This document shows, piece after piece, positions 11,750 through 23,148 of a stretch of 54,320 nucleotides of DNA. The first letter of the stretch is position 1, and the number at the start of each line of letters is the position of its first letter. The translations under genes and the position numbers were made by a program. The notes below the pieces were generated by a model, which was given only the letters and a program-made list of their open reading frames with translations, was not told the DNA's origin and did no database searches. Source of the DNA: Chiloscyllium plagiosum (Eukaryota); the NCBI RefSeq assembly GCF_004010195.1, contig NC_057720.1, positions 10,842,595 to 10,896,914 on the forward strand, read 5' to 3'.

Positions 11750-12450
11750 CAGTCATACAGTCATAGAGCTGTACAGCACTGAATAAGACTCTTTAGTCCA
11801 ACTCGTCTATGCCAACCAGATATCCTAAATTATTCTCATCCCATTTGCCAGCATTTGGCCCATATCCCTCTAAACCCCTCCTGTTCATATACCCATCCAG
11901 ACACCTTTTAAATGCTGTAATTGTACCAGTCTCCACTACTTCCCCTGGCAGCTCACACAGCTTCCTCTATGTGGAAAAAGCTGCCCCTTAGGTCCCTTTT
12001 AAATTGTTCCCCTCTCACCTTCAACCTGTGCCCTCTAGTTTTGGACTCCTTTATCCTGGGGGCGCGTGTAGTTCTTGTTGCCACACAATCGGAAGGATGT
12101 GATTGTACTGGAGAGGCTATTCACCCTATCTATATCCCTCATGATTTTATAAACCTTTATAAGGTTATCACTCAGCCTCAGACTCTCCAGGGAAAACAGC
12201 CCCAGCCTATTAACAGTGATCTCCTTATTAAGCCTCTCTCTATAGCTCAAACCCTCCAACCCTCGCCACATCCTTGTCAATCTTTTTTGAACACAAGTTT
12301 AACAACATCTTTCTGACAGCAGGAAGACCAGAATTGAACGCAATATTCCAAAAGCGGGCTAACCAATGTCTGTACTTCCACAACATGGCCTCCCAATTCC
12401 GATACTCAATAATCTGACCAATAAAGGCAAGCATACCAACAACTGTCTTC
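11750..12450 (-). mobile_element. CR1-type LINE 3' fragment (paralogue at 38690-39335)
   Basis: [12 protein letters not shown]...LGLFSLESLRL on the minus strand, with a (tgac/tatgac) tail. Confidence 0.85.
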
Positions 12451-12460
12451 AAACAACACT

Positions 12461-12466
12461 TTTATT
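12461..12466 (-). terminator. Candidate poly(A) signal downstream of the B30.2 exon
   Basis: AATAAA on the minus strand, also present in the paralogue at ~39346-39351. Confidence 0.3.
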
Positions 12467-12917
12467 AAAGAACTAGTAACAATCAAAACATAAATTATTT
12501 TAAAACTCATTCTATATGTATTGTGCATGCATGCATATAAACATGGACTCGAAGGGAGAAAGGCAACTTCATGTCAGCACAAAAGGTAACCCCAAATTGA
12601 TCTGTTCAACACAGTCCCCAAAAGAGATAATGTTGCCCTGGATACCAACATTACCAAGTCTCTGAATATCCATAGACCCATCTGGTTCATTACTTTATTG
12701 ATGTCCATTCTTCCACAGTCTTCGGTAGCTGACTATCCCACTCTGGATGCTGGATCGAATGATGGAGGCAGTGCCCTGTTAAGTACAATTTCAGCCCACA
12801 GGGTTCAGCCTTCATCCAGACTTCCTCAAAATAAGAGAGAGTGACAATCACAAGTCTCCTGTCAAACCCCTCTCACAGGCACTAGAAGTATTGCAAACTC
12901 CACAGAACTCAAGCTCC

Positions 12918-13387
12918 TTATACTTCCTTTAGTGTACAATAAAACATGTACAAACACCGCACCGATTCTGCATCACAAACAGCAAGAATGTCACTGTCAC
13001 AGTCCAGTTAGACTCCAATGTTCTCCAGTTGGTTTTCATAGCGGAAATACATCACCTCGGTGTCGTGTTGGGCACAATAAAGGCCCCTTTCCGAGCAAGA
13101 AAATGTCCACAAGTTTTCCTCAGATCCCAGTGTGCTTCCTGGAAGCATGTGTGGAATACTCTGGTAGGCTATCCCCACAGCCCAGGAAGGAATGTCTTTC
13201 ACATTAACCCCCCAGTAGTGAAGTCCAGTGATGTAGCCTGCCGTGGCAAGTACATTGAGAGAGCTGCGGAAGTGTTCTGCGTTACACCACTTACTTTGCT
13301 CTGCTTCAACAACTTCAACTGCTGGACCCTTCCTGCTTAGTTTCAGCTGGAGATGAGCATTGTTTGCATCCAATTGAATAGCTTGAT
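12918..13387 (-). pseudogene. B30.2/PRY-SPRY domain exon with internal stop (TRIM/butyrophilin-like), copy 1
   Basis: IQLDANNAHLQLKLS...NVLATAGYITGLHYWGVNV...WAVGIAYQS...LGSEENLW...IGV*LDCDSDILAVCDA...LYMF matches the LDPxTAH, HYWEV and IGVYLDY motifs; polypyrimidine tract plus AG acceptor at 13389-13388; TAA at 13010-13008. Confidence 0.8.
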
Positions 13388-13904
13388 CTAGAAGGTGGGG
13401 AAATGAAAACATAGATCAGTTAAAATCACACTGAAACGAGGAGTGACCCTACCTTGACCAGAACCCTCAAAATTTGGAATACCTGTATCAGATCCCCTCT
13501 CAGTTCTCTTTTCCAAGTGAAACAGCCCTATTGAAAGGATGGCTTGGGAAGTTGTTACCAAGGGGTTGCAAATAGAGCTGAACTCTAGAATCAACAGGGG
13601 CCACCCCAAATTGGATATCCTAATGGGGGACAATTATTAAAATTAAATAGCTGCAAGTGTTTGGCCTAATGTCACAGTCCAAGGGACAATTAATATCTGG
13701 TCTGTAACAATCACAAGCACCTTGCTTTTTGCCTAAGCCTATGGTTCTGGCTGTTGGAAGGTGTTCACTTTGACACCTACGAACCAATTTTTCTTGGATT
13801 CCATAGTGTCATACTCAGCTGATGTCAAAGTTGGTTTGTCTATGCTTTGCCCTGTCACTCAGCTCTAATGCCAATGCTTGGATCAAATTCTGTAGCCAGG
13901 ATAT

Positions 13905-14207
13905 GATTCGATGAGATCACTTACAGTGTGGAAACAGACCCTTCGGCCCAAAAAGTCCACAATGACCCTCCGAAGAGCAACCCACCCAGACCCATTCCCT
14001 ACCTTTACTCCTTCACCTAACACTATAGGCAAATAAGCATGGCCAATTCACCTAACCTGCACATCTTTGTGACTGTGGGAGGAAACTGGAGCACCCAGAG
14101 GAGAATGTGCAAACTCCACACAGACAGTTGCCTGAGGTGGGAATTGAACATGGGTCTCTGGTGCTGTGAGGCAGCAGTGCTAACCACTGTGCCACCTTGC
14201 CGCCCAC
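13905..14207 (-). mobile_element. HE1-like V-SINE, absent from the paralogous site (~40800)
   Basis: A/B boxes, V-domain and tail; the paralogue reads ccaggatat|gttcacaaaac with no insert. Confidence 0.85.
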
Positions 14208-15529
14208 ATGTTCACAAAACCTAATTGGAGCATCTTAGTTACGAATGAATAGGTGTCACTTGACTACTGTCAAGTCCATTCATCATCTTACTAACGTTGA
14301 AACAATTGCTTGAATAATGTTAATGCAATAATTAAGCAAGTGGAGTTTGACAAACTAGATATTACGGAGGTCAGGAAGATGAGAACTGGAAAGTACAGGT
14401 AACAATCTTTTTTACATAAATAAGGCTTACATAAATGACTAAAAGTTAGACAAACATATATGCAGGAACCAAGGGACCCAAGGACTAACTTTTTCACAGA
14501 GAGGGTGCTGTGTGTATGGAATGAATTATCAGAGGTGGTGGTGGAGGCTGGTACAAATACAACATTTAAAAGGCATCTGGATGGGTATATGGGTATAGGA
14601 AGGGTTTAGAAGGATATGGCCATATGCTGGCAAATGAGATGAGATTAATTTAGCGCATCTGGTCAGCATGGACGAGTTGGACTGAAAGGTCTGTTTCCAT
14701 GCTGTGCACTGCTGTGACTCTATGAGCCAAATGAAGTATTTAAAGTTCTAATATAGTACAAGTTGATTTGTTTTAATTACACTAAAGTGACTTTATCCAT
14801 GCTATTGTCTGACCAAAATGGAACATGACACATGAAGACACTTGCCAGTTTTATCCGCGCTGTTTTTTTCTTTAAGGTGGTAATCTTCTAGGTCTGGTGT
14901 GGATGGTGAGGTAAAATAATCTGTTAATCACACAGGGCAAAACTACCTCTAATCTGGAAAATTATATATTTTTGCAATTTGAATACTGTAGCGTGTTCAG
15001 TTTCACTGATCCGATTGCATTTTGCATTAATGCATGCGACACTGACTTACGTGAAAATAATTCACCCAAAGATGTTAAAATTCTCTGAGTATTTATGCTC
15101 TTTGCAAAACATGCCTCTACGTTTTGTAATTCATTTCTCACATCCTGGAGATCCTTTAAATCAAGGTCCTGTTCTTTAATCTCAGTGCTATGAAAGCATT
15201 AACAATAAAAAATGCACTGTATTTTCTTTTCAATAGACCAGAAAAGATTGTGAATCGAAATGACAGGTTTCCAAGTTTTAAAAGGATTTCTTCAATTTTT
15301 GTTTAAACACACACACCAAAGGCCAGTCCCATCCAAAGAATCTTAGGGAAACATGGTCTAGACAGGAACAAAATGCTACTTTGCCAGCATGCAACAAATA
15401 TTTCCATCTATCAGAAACACTGCAGGCTACGTTGTTACTGCTTAATCCTTGTTGGAGTTATACAGAGCCTTTGGTTGTTAGAACACTGTTATATTACTAT
15501 GTGGCCTACTATATTGAACCCAACATATC

Positions 15530-17345
15530 ACAGGTGAAAAGATTTTTGTTTTGTTCATTGATGGGATGAGAACATCGCTGGCTTGGCAGCATTTATTGCC
15601 CATCCTGCAGTTAATAGTCAACCACATTGTTGTGGGTCTGCAGTCACATGTAGGCCAGACCAGGTAAGAACACAGAACATAGAACAGTACAGCGCAATAC
15701 AGGCCCTTCGGTCCACAATGTTGTGCTGAGCATTTATCTAAGATCAACGTAACCTATACACACCTCAATTTACTACTGTCTGTATGCTTGTCCATCAGTC
15801 ACTTAAATATCCCTAATGTCTCTGCCTCTACTATCACTGCCGGCAGTGCATCCCACTCACCCACCACTCTCTGCGTAAAGATGCTCCTTGGATGCTGCCT
15901 GACTTCTTGTGCTTTTCCAGCACCACATGCTCGACTCTGCGTAATGAACCTACCTCTGACATCTCCCCGATACCTTTCTCCAATCACCTCAAAATTATAA
16001 CTCCTCAAGACAGCTATTTCTGCCCCTGGGGGAACAATCTCTGGTTATCTACTCTATCTATGCCTCTCATTACCTTAGATGACAGCTTCTTTTCCTCAGG
16101 GACATTACTGAACCCAGGTGGGATTTTCCCCTGACATTCAATAGTGGATTCAGGGTCATCACAAGATTCTTAATTTCAGGGTTTTTTTTATTCCACCACC
16201 TGCTGTGGTGGGATTCAAACCCAGGTCCCCAGAATCTTCATTGGGGGTCTGGATTAACAATCCAGTGATAATACCACTTGGCCATCACCTCTCCTTGAGT
16301 TGAGTTGACTTTTACTTGTTTGTATATTTCCAACAGTAAGAAAAAAAATTGTACTTCATTTGTTTGGGATGACCTGTAATGCTGGAAAATGCAAATCAAA
16401 TGCAAATCTTTCTTTGGAATAGGATAGAAATTGTCTTTTACTTCCTCGTTAGATTACTCTGAGAGAGCATGCCAGTAGTGCAAATTTCAAAATTTGATTT
16501 TATCAGGCATCAAAGTCAAGAGATTACAAATAAAGCTGCCTAATCTGAGGTACAATGTTCAGTAATTGTTTAAGGGTCACTACATGTGGCAACTCTAAAA
16601 ATCACATTATCGTGTTCTCATGGTGTGCTCTGCATTTGTTGCCATTCCCATCCCTAACTGCCCACCATTTCAGAGGATGGTTAAGAATCAATCACATTGC
16701 TGTGGGGCTGGAGTCACATGTAGAGCAGACTGGGTATGAATGCCAGAGATCCTTTGTTAAAAGGACATCTGTGAACCAGACGGATTTAAAAATGGTCGAT
16801 GATAATTGACATGCCGACTATTACTGAGATTAGTTTTATTTCCAGATTTATTAACAGAATTTAAATTACAACAATTGCTATAGCAAAAAACAATGACAGC
16901 AGGAGCAATGGCCCTGTGGTATTATCACTGGTGTTAATCCAGATACCAAGGTAACATTCTGGGGTTTAAACCAAGGTTCAAATCCTGCCATGACAGATGG
17001 TGGCATTTGAATTCAATAAACATCTGAAATTCACAGTCTAATCGCAACCATGAATCCATTATTCATTGTCAGGAAAACCCATATGGTTCACTCAGAAGGA
17101 AATGGCCATCCCCTGATTGGGCCTACGTATGACCCAGAGCGCAATTATCAAAGCAGAGAATCCCTGCAGTGTGGAAGCAGGCCATTCAACCAATTGAGTC
17201 CACACTGACTTTCCAAAGAGCATCTCACCTGCATACCCCATCCCTGTAACCCTACTAATCCACCTAACCTGCACATCCATGGACAGTACAGGCAATTTAG
17301 CATGACCAATCTACCTAACCTGCACATATTTGTACTGTGGGAGGA
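15530..17345. mobile_element. Nest of tRNA-derived SINE fragments, a CR1 3' fragment (15670-16075, minus strand) and a small Penelope-derived insert
   Basis: Repeated ggtattatcactgg...ggttcaaatcc heads in both orientations; LINE motif FTQRVVGEWDALP; direct repeat ctctgcgtaa around the insert at ~15879-15934. Confidence 0.6.
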
Positions 17346-17629
17346 ATCTGGGCAATAAATGCTTGCCTAAACAGCGATGCCCACATCCCATGAATGGATA
17401 TTTTTAAAAAACTTCCCCAGAATCAGAGCTGCCAAGATTGTAGGAGATGTGTGTGTGTGTTTCTATAATCAGCTCCAATAGTAATCATTTCCCTGTAAGT
17501 TGAAAACATGAAATGCACTCAACCATTTAGTTATCTGGCTGCCCAGCCCCCTCCCATTAGTGGGACTTTTTAAAAAAGCCTTTAAAGGAGTACTGGGCAG
17601 GATAGGATTTGGATTATGTTTGGGACCCC

Positions 17630-18375
17630 CCACCCAAGAGAAAAGATTGTCTATTTATCCTATCCATGCCCGCAATGATTTTGTAAACCTCTATGAGGTC
17701 ATCCCTCAGCCTTCAACACTCCAGGGGAATCAGCCCCAGCCTATTCAGCCTCTCCCGATAGCTCAAACCATCCAACTTTGGTAAAATCCACATAAATCTT
17801 TTTGGAACTCTTTTACGTTTCACAACATCTTTCTAATAGGAAGAAGACCAGAATTGCACACAGTATTTCAAAAGTGGCCTAACCAACATGACCTCCCAAC
17901 TCCTATACGCAATGCTCTGACTAATAAAGGAAAGCATACCAAGTGTTATTGTTTTAGAGGGGTTTAAAGGGTGCAATCCATCATCATAAAAGTCAAGGCT
18001 ATGAGCTGAGTGCTGGAAAGTGGGACTAGTATGGGGTGGCATGGTAGCTCAGTGGGTAGAATTGCTGTCTCACAGCACCAGGGACCTGGGTTTGATTACA
18101 GCCTTAGGCAACTTGTCTATGTGGAGTCGGCACATTCACCCTATATCTGCATGGGTTTCCTCTGGCTGATCTGGTTTCCTCCCACAGTCCAAAGATGTGT
18201 AGGGTTAGGTGGATTGACCATGCTCAATTGCCCATATTGTCCAGGGGTGTGCAGTCTATGTGGATTAGCCATGAGGATAAAACAGGGATAGGATGGGTCT
18301 GGGTGGAAGGCTCTTCGGGGGTCCGTGTGGATTCAATGAGCTGAATGGTCTGCATCCAGACTGTCGGGATTCTAC
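17630..18375. mobile_element. CR1 fragment (minus, 17630-17945) followed by an older V-SINE (plus, ~18035-18375)
   Basis: VRPLLKYCVQFWS motif; SINE head ggtggcatggtagctcagtgg and V-domain. Confidence 0.7.
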
Positions 18376-18576
18376 AGATTTAGACTCACTTTGGTGGCAC
18401 AAACCCGATGGGCTGAAGGGCCTTTTTTGTCCTGTATGATTCTGTGAAAAGCAATGATAACTAAATAGCAGCTACATTTTCATTACAAACAAATAACATC
18501 AATGGGATACGTGAAAGAAATAATTCAGCAAAAATATTGAAAAGCAAGATTTAAAGTATTCATTGTCTACTTGTAG

Positions 18577-18790
18577 AAAGTGAGGACTGCAGATGCTGGA
18601 GATCAGAGCTGAAAAATGTGTTTCTGGAAAAGCGCAGCAGGTCAGGCAGCATCAAAGGAGCAGAAGAATCGGCGTTTCGGGCATAAGCCCTTCTTCAGGA
18701 ATTCCTGAAGAAGGGCTTATACCTGAAACGTCAATTCTCCTGCCCCTTTGATGCTGCCTGACCTGCTGCGCTTTTCCAGCAACACATTTT
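18577..18790. mobile_element. Palindromic Penelope-derived insertion with 17-bp TSD and two opposed hammerhead-like cores
   Basis: tcattgtctacttgtag at 18560-18576 and 18791-18807; ~90-bp inverted arms centred on gaattc (18699-18704); CTGAAGA-agggcttat(g/a)cc(c/t)-GAAAC on both strands; absent from the paralogue at ~45126. Confidence 0.85.
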
Positions 18791-18879
18791 TCATTGTCTA
18801 CTTGTAGTACAGCAATGAAAGTCCATCAACAAGTGGATAAGATTGCAGGATATAATCTGCCCTCTATATAATGACCCAA

Positions 18880-19058
18880 CTTATCTGGTCATTATTTTAG
18901 TTGTTACCCATGGGATGTTGCTCTGTGCAAATTGGCTGTTGTGCTCACTACATTATAAATAATGATGATGCTTCAAAATGATTTACTTAGCTGCAAAATC
19001 CTTTGGGACATTCTGTGATCAAGCCAATAACTATTTAAAGACAAGTCTTCTCTTTTTT
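18880..19058 (+). mobile_element. Old DeuSINE/L2-tail-like SINE remnant
   Basis: tgggatgttgctctgtgcaaattggctg...ctttgggacattctg...caagtcttctctttt resembles the Deu-domain 3' region as recalled; not searched. Confidence 0.45.
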
Positions 19059-19329
19059 TGTTGTGTTTTTTGGTTGAGATCTGCCTTGTCACCTCAGACA
19101 CTGCACCTCTCAATGATCATTTGCATCAGAAGCAATTAGGAATTTATTTTTCTTTTTATTAGATTAGATTCCCTACAGTGTGGAAACAGGCCCTGGAATA
19201 GTTTGGAGGAGGGAGTAATACATAATGTGAATCCAAATCATTTCTTCTGTTGAATTGCATCTAATCAGACGCTTGAAAAGGCCTTGTCACAGTCCTCCAA
19301 AAACTAAAATCCATTAGCAAGATATAAAC

Positions 19330-19955
19330 TTTGCTTGCCTTCATTGCTCAATCCTTTGAGTATCGGAGTTGGGAAGTCCTGTTGAGGTTGTACATGACAT
19401 TGGTAAGGCCTCTACTGGCATATTGTGTCCAGTTCTGATCACCCAGGTAGAGGAATGATACTACCAAGCTGGACAGGGTTCAGGGGGGATTTACCAGGAT
19501 GTTTCCAGGTATGAAAGCTTTCATCATTAAAGAAAGGCTAAAGAGGCTGGGTTTTTTTTCACTGGAGCGTAGGAGGCTGAGAGGTGACCTGATGGAAGCT
19601 GATAAAATAATGAGGGGTATACATAAGATTAATTGTAATCGTCTTTTCCCTAGGATGATGGATTTCAAAACTATTGGGCACATTGTTAAAGTTAGAGGGG
19701 AATGATTTAAAAAAGACATGAGGCAAATATTTTACACAGACGGTGGTTCACATGTGGAAATAACTTCCTGAGGAAGTGGTGGATGTGGGTACAGTTACAA
19801 CATTTAAGAGACATTAGGATAACTAGATGAATAGGAAAGGTTTGGAGGGATATGGGCCCGTAGCAGGCAGGTGGGACTAATTTAGTTTGGGACTCTGTTC
19901 GGCCTGGACTGGTTGGACCGAAGGGTCTGTCTCCGTGCTGTGTGACTCCATCTCT
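19330..19955 (+). mobile_element. CR1-type LINE 3' fragment (paralogue at 45510-46135)
   Basis: KERLKRLGFFSLERRRLRGDL. Confidence 0.85.
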
Positions 19956-20202
19956 CAATGACAGAAATGTATGTCTTCCTGATGAAAGTGTTCCTGAAGG
20001 ACCAAGATTTAGATTGGGACTCAGAATGAGGACCTTCCAGTTTTAAATTGTGGCCTTCCATTGGCTGATGTCCCTGCTGGCCCCAAAATGGATTCATATT
20101 GATGCTGGTGGCAAATTTTCTTTGGTCAAATGGAAGCAAGAAAATGAAACATCAGTGCAAAGGATAAAGAATCTGCTCAAATCTCAGATTGCACAGCAGA
20201 AC

Positions 20203-20208
20203 TTTATT
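20203..20208 (-). terminator. Candidate poly(A) signal, CLCA gene B
   Basis: AATAAA on the minus strand ~325 nt after the stop codon; conserved in gene C (46401-46406). Confidence 0.55.
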
Positions 20209-20530
20209 AGATTCTGTCAGTCCTTTTATAGGAAGACACTTTACTTTTAAATTTAAATTATACAGGTTGGATTTAAACACAATCTCAGCTCAACATTTTT
20301 TTTTAGATTAGATTACATTACAGTGTGGAAACAGGCCCTTCGGCCCAACAAGTCCACACTAAATTATACAGGTTGGATTTAAACACAATCTCAGCTCAAC
20401 ATCAGGAGGAATGCTCAATATTTACGTAAAGTTCAATTTTTTTGGCCATAAATTTTGAACATGAATTAAGTTGCACCATTATAAATTGAATGTTGTTGAA
20501 TTTTGATGACGTTGCTGACTATCTCTGGCT

Positions 20531-20928
20531 TTAGCTGTACATTTCCAAACTGGGTGATACTCTGCCCTGATGTTTCTTAGTCACAACACATACAGTGATG
20601 GAAATGATCAAGGAGACAACAATGACAACAATACCAACAATAACAAGAATTTCTGAAATGTTAATAACTACACTATTATGAGGTTGTGTTGGTTCGAAGG
20701 CTTGCGCTATATTCGATAAGGCCGAAGACTGGTTTCCTTTATCAAATGCCCGAATTGCAAAGTAGATTACTGTCCCATTTTTCAACTCGATGTTCTCAGA
20801 TACTGTGAGCGATTCCTCTGAGTTAGCCACCTTTGGCTTCAGGTCTGTGGTGTTTACACTTTGAGCATTTGGAAAGTCATCCCTCAGCTGTGCGAAGCTT
20901 TTGCTGAACTTTATTTCGTAAAAGGAAG
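20531..20928 (-). CDS. CLCA: CLCA gene B last coding exon (FN3 end, C-terminal TM helix)
   Basis: (A)SFYEIKFSKSF...YFAIRAFDKGNQSSALSNIAQA...ILVIVGIVVIVVSLIISITVCVVTKKH...LEMYS*; AG at 20930-20929; phase 1 matches exon 13. Confidence 0.93.
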
Positions 20929-21139
20929 CTGCAAGAAAAGAAAAGCAAGTGAATGTATTATTCAGGCTCTTGATATTATCCTCTTACGCACTGCCAGGTT
21001 TGCTGAATACTTAAGTGAGGCAAATGGTAATAAGGAGCTAAACTGAGAGGTTTAAAAATACAGGAACAAGAGAAGACCATACAGCCGAACAATTCTTTAT
21101 ATCTCATTGAGACTCTCCCTTATTGAAGCAAAAATTTTA

Positions 21140-22870
21140 TTTCATTAAGGTAGGACAGAGAAAGTTCACCAAGATGATCCCTGATGTCGAGGAATTTTCT
21201 TACGAGCAAAGGTTGAATAGTTTGGAATTTTACTCACAGGTGCTTAGAGGAATGGGATATAATACCATTGAAACATTTAGGATACAGAAGCGGCCTGGCA
21301 GGGTAAGTGTTGGTCAAATGTTTCCCCTCACGCGATAGTCTAGAAACCAGAGGTTATTGTCTCAGAATTAAAGCACGCCAATTTAAGACTGAGACAAAGA
21401 GAAATTTTGTTTTCTCTGAGGGTTGGGTGTCTTTGGATCTCCTTGCCACAGAGTGCTCCGGGGCCGGAGTTCAGGTGTCTGTTTAAGGTTTGATCAGGAA
21501 GGGAAACCAGGGTTATGGGAAAATTGCAGGAAAGTGGAGGTGAGAAATATTGGATCAGCCATAATTCTATTTAATGATTTAGCAGATTTCAGCGGCTGAA
21601 TGGCCTGTTGCTTTTCCTATTTCTTCATCGTCTTATTATGATCTCCCATTGAAATGTACATTTAAAATGTGAATTACACCCATCCCCATTATAATTCGAT
21701 TGCCTTGAGTATTCCCGAAAACACAATGGTATTGGTTACTCCTGTGAGTGGTCTGACTGTTTCATGCTCAGGAACATGCCCTTCCCATTATCTAATTGTA
21801 AAGTTGGGTGGCCTAGGGCAGTAACAAAAAGACACCCATGAAATCGCAAGTCAATGTCAGGGCCTCGAATTTTACTCAGTGGGGAATTGGTACATTGGGT
21901 AGGAATGGATTATAGGCTGAGCTACAAGCTTATGCTGGTCACCAGAATGTTCCCTGAAAGTGTGGACATTGGAAGGAGCTTGGCTGGGATGCCTGACCGT
22001 CACACACATGACAGTGCTCATTATCAAGACTTGCCCATCTTTGACTGTCACAAGGGTAAGGATGCAAGAACACCCCATTCATAGAGTCATAGAGATGTAC
22101 AGCATGGAAACAGACCCTTTGGTCCAACTCATCCATGCTGACCAGATATCCTAAATTAATCGAGTCCCATTTGCCAGCATTTGACCCATATCCCTCTAAA
22201 CCCTTCCTATTCATATACCCATCCAGATGTCTTTTAAATGTTGTAATTGTACCAACCTCCACCACATCCTCTGAGAGCTCATTCCATACATGTAGAACCA
22301 TTTCTGTGAAAATGTTGCCCCTTAGATCCTTTTAAATCTTTCCCCTCTCACCCTAAACTTCTGTCCTCTAGTTCTGGACTCCCTCAACCCAGGGAAAAGA
22401 CCTTGTCTATTTGTTAAGTAAATCTTTAACGATGATTCAATATCTTCTGCAAAGGTACAATGAGGGGAGGAATTAGCTGAAAAGGAAAGATTGAAGTGAC
22501 TTTCACTTGAGCTGCTTAAAGTCAATACAACTTTGTGGTGGGAGGAACCCAATGATTTAGTGATTAGTGCTGCTGCCTCACAGTAGCAGGGACCTGGGTT
22601 CATTCCAGCCTTGAGCATCTGTCTGTTTGGAGTTCTCTCTGTGTCTGCGTGGGATCTTCTGGGTGCTCCAGTTTCTTCCCACAGTCCAAAGATGTGCAGT
22701 TTAGGTGGATAGACCATCCTGGGTTATCTTGTAGCATCCAGGGATGTGCAGGGTAGGTGGATTAGCTATAGTAAGGGTAGGGGGCAGGACCTGGGTGGGA
22801 TGTTCTTCAGAAGGTCAGTGCAGACTCAATGGTCTGACTGGCCTCTAGCTGCACTGTAAGGATTGTATGA
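21140..22870. mobile_element. Intronic CR1 fragments (21140-21620 plus; 22080-22415 minus) and a V-SINE (22555-22870 plus)
   Basis: VWNELSEDVVEVGTITTFKRHLDGYM; V-domain tgtgtctgcgtggg...cccacagtccaaagatgtgc. Confidence 0.7.
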
Positions 22871-23148
22871 TCATTCTTTTTGAAACAAAAATAAGGAATC
22901 CTAAAGATTTCAGATTAAAGTACAGTCATTCACTTGTAATATAATGTTTAGTCATGCTAAATGAGTGCAGTGCTTTTCAACAACAAAAATACACAAATGG
23001 CAAAAGTCACACCCTATTCCCAGTTAAACAATGAAACTGACTGATCAAGTGATTGATGCTGTAATGGGGGCAACAAGACTTAAAATGGGCTGAGAAGTCA
23101 GCAACGGACTTGCTCCCAACGTATGGATTGAAATATAATTTAAATTAC

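Noticed and set aside
14310..14405. Possible plus-strand exon ending AAGTACAG|GTAACA, conserved in the paralogue
   Set aside because: Short open frame, no convincing acceptor, no recognisable protein motif; conservation is explained by the duplication.
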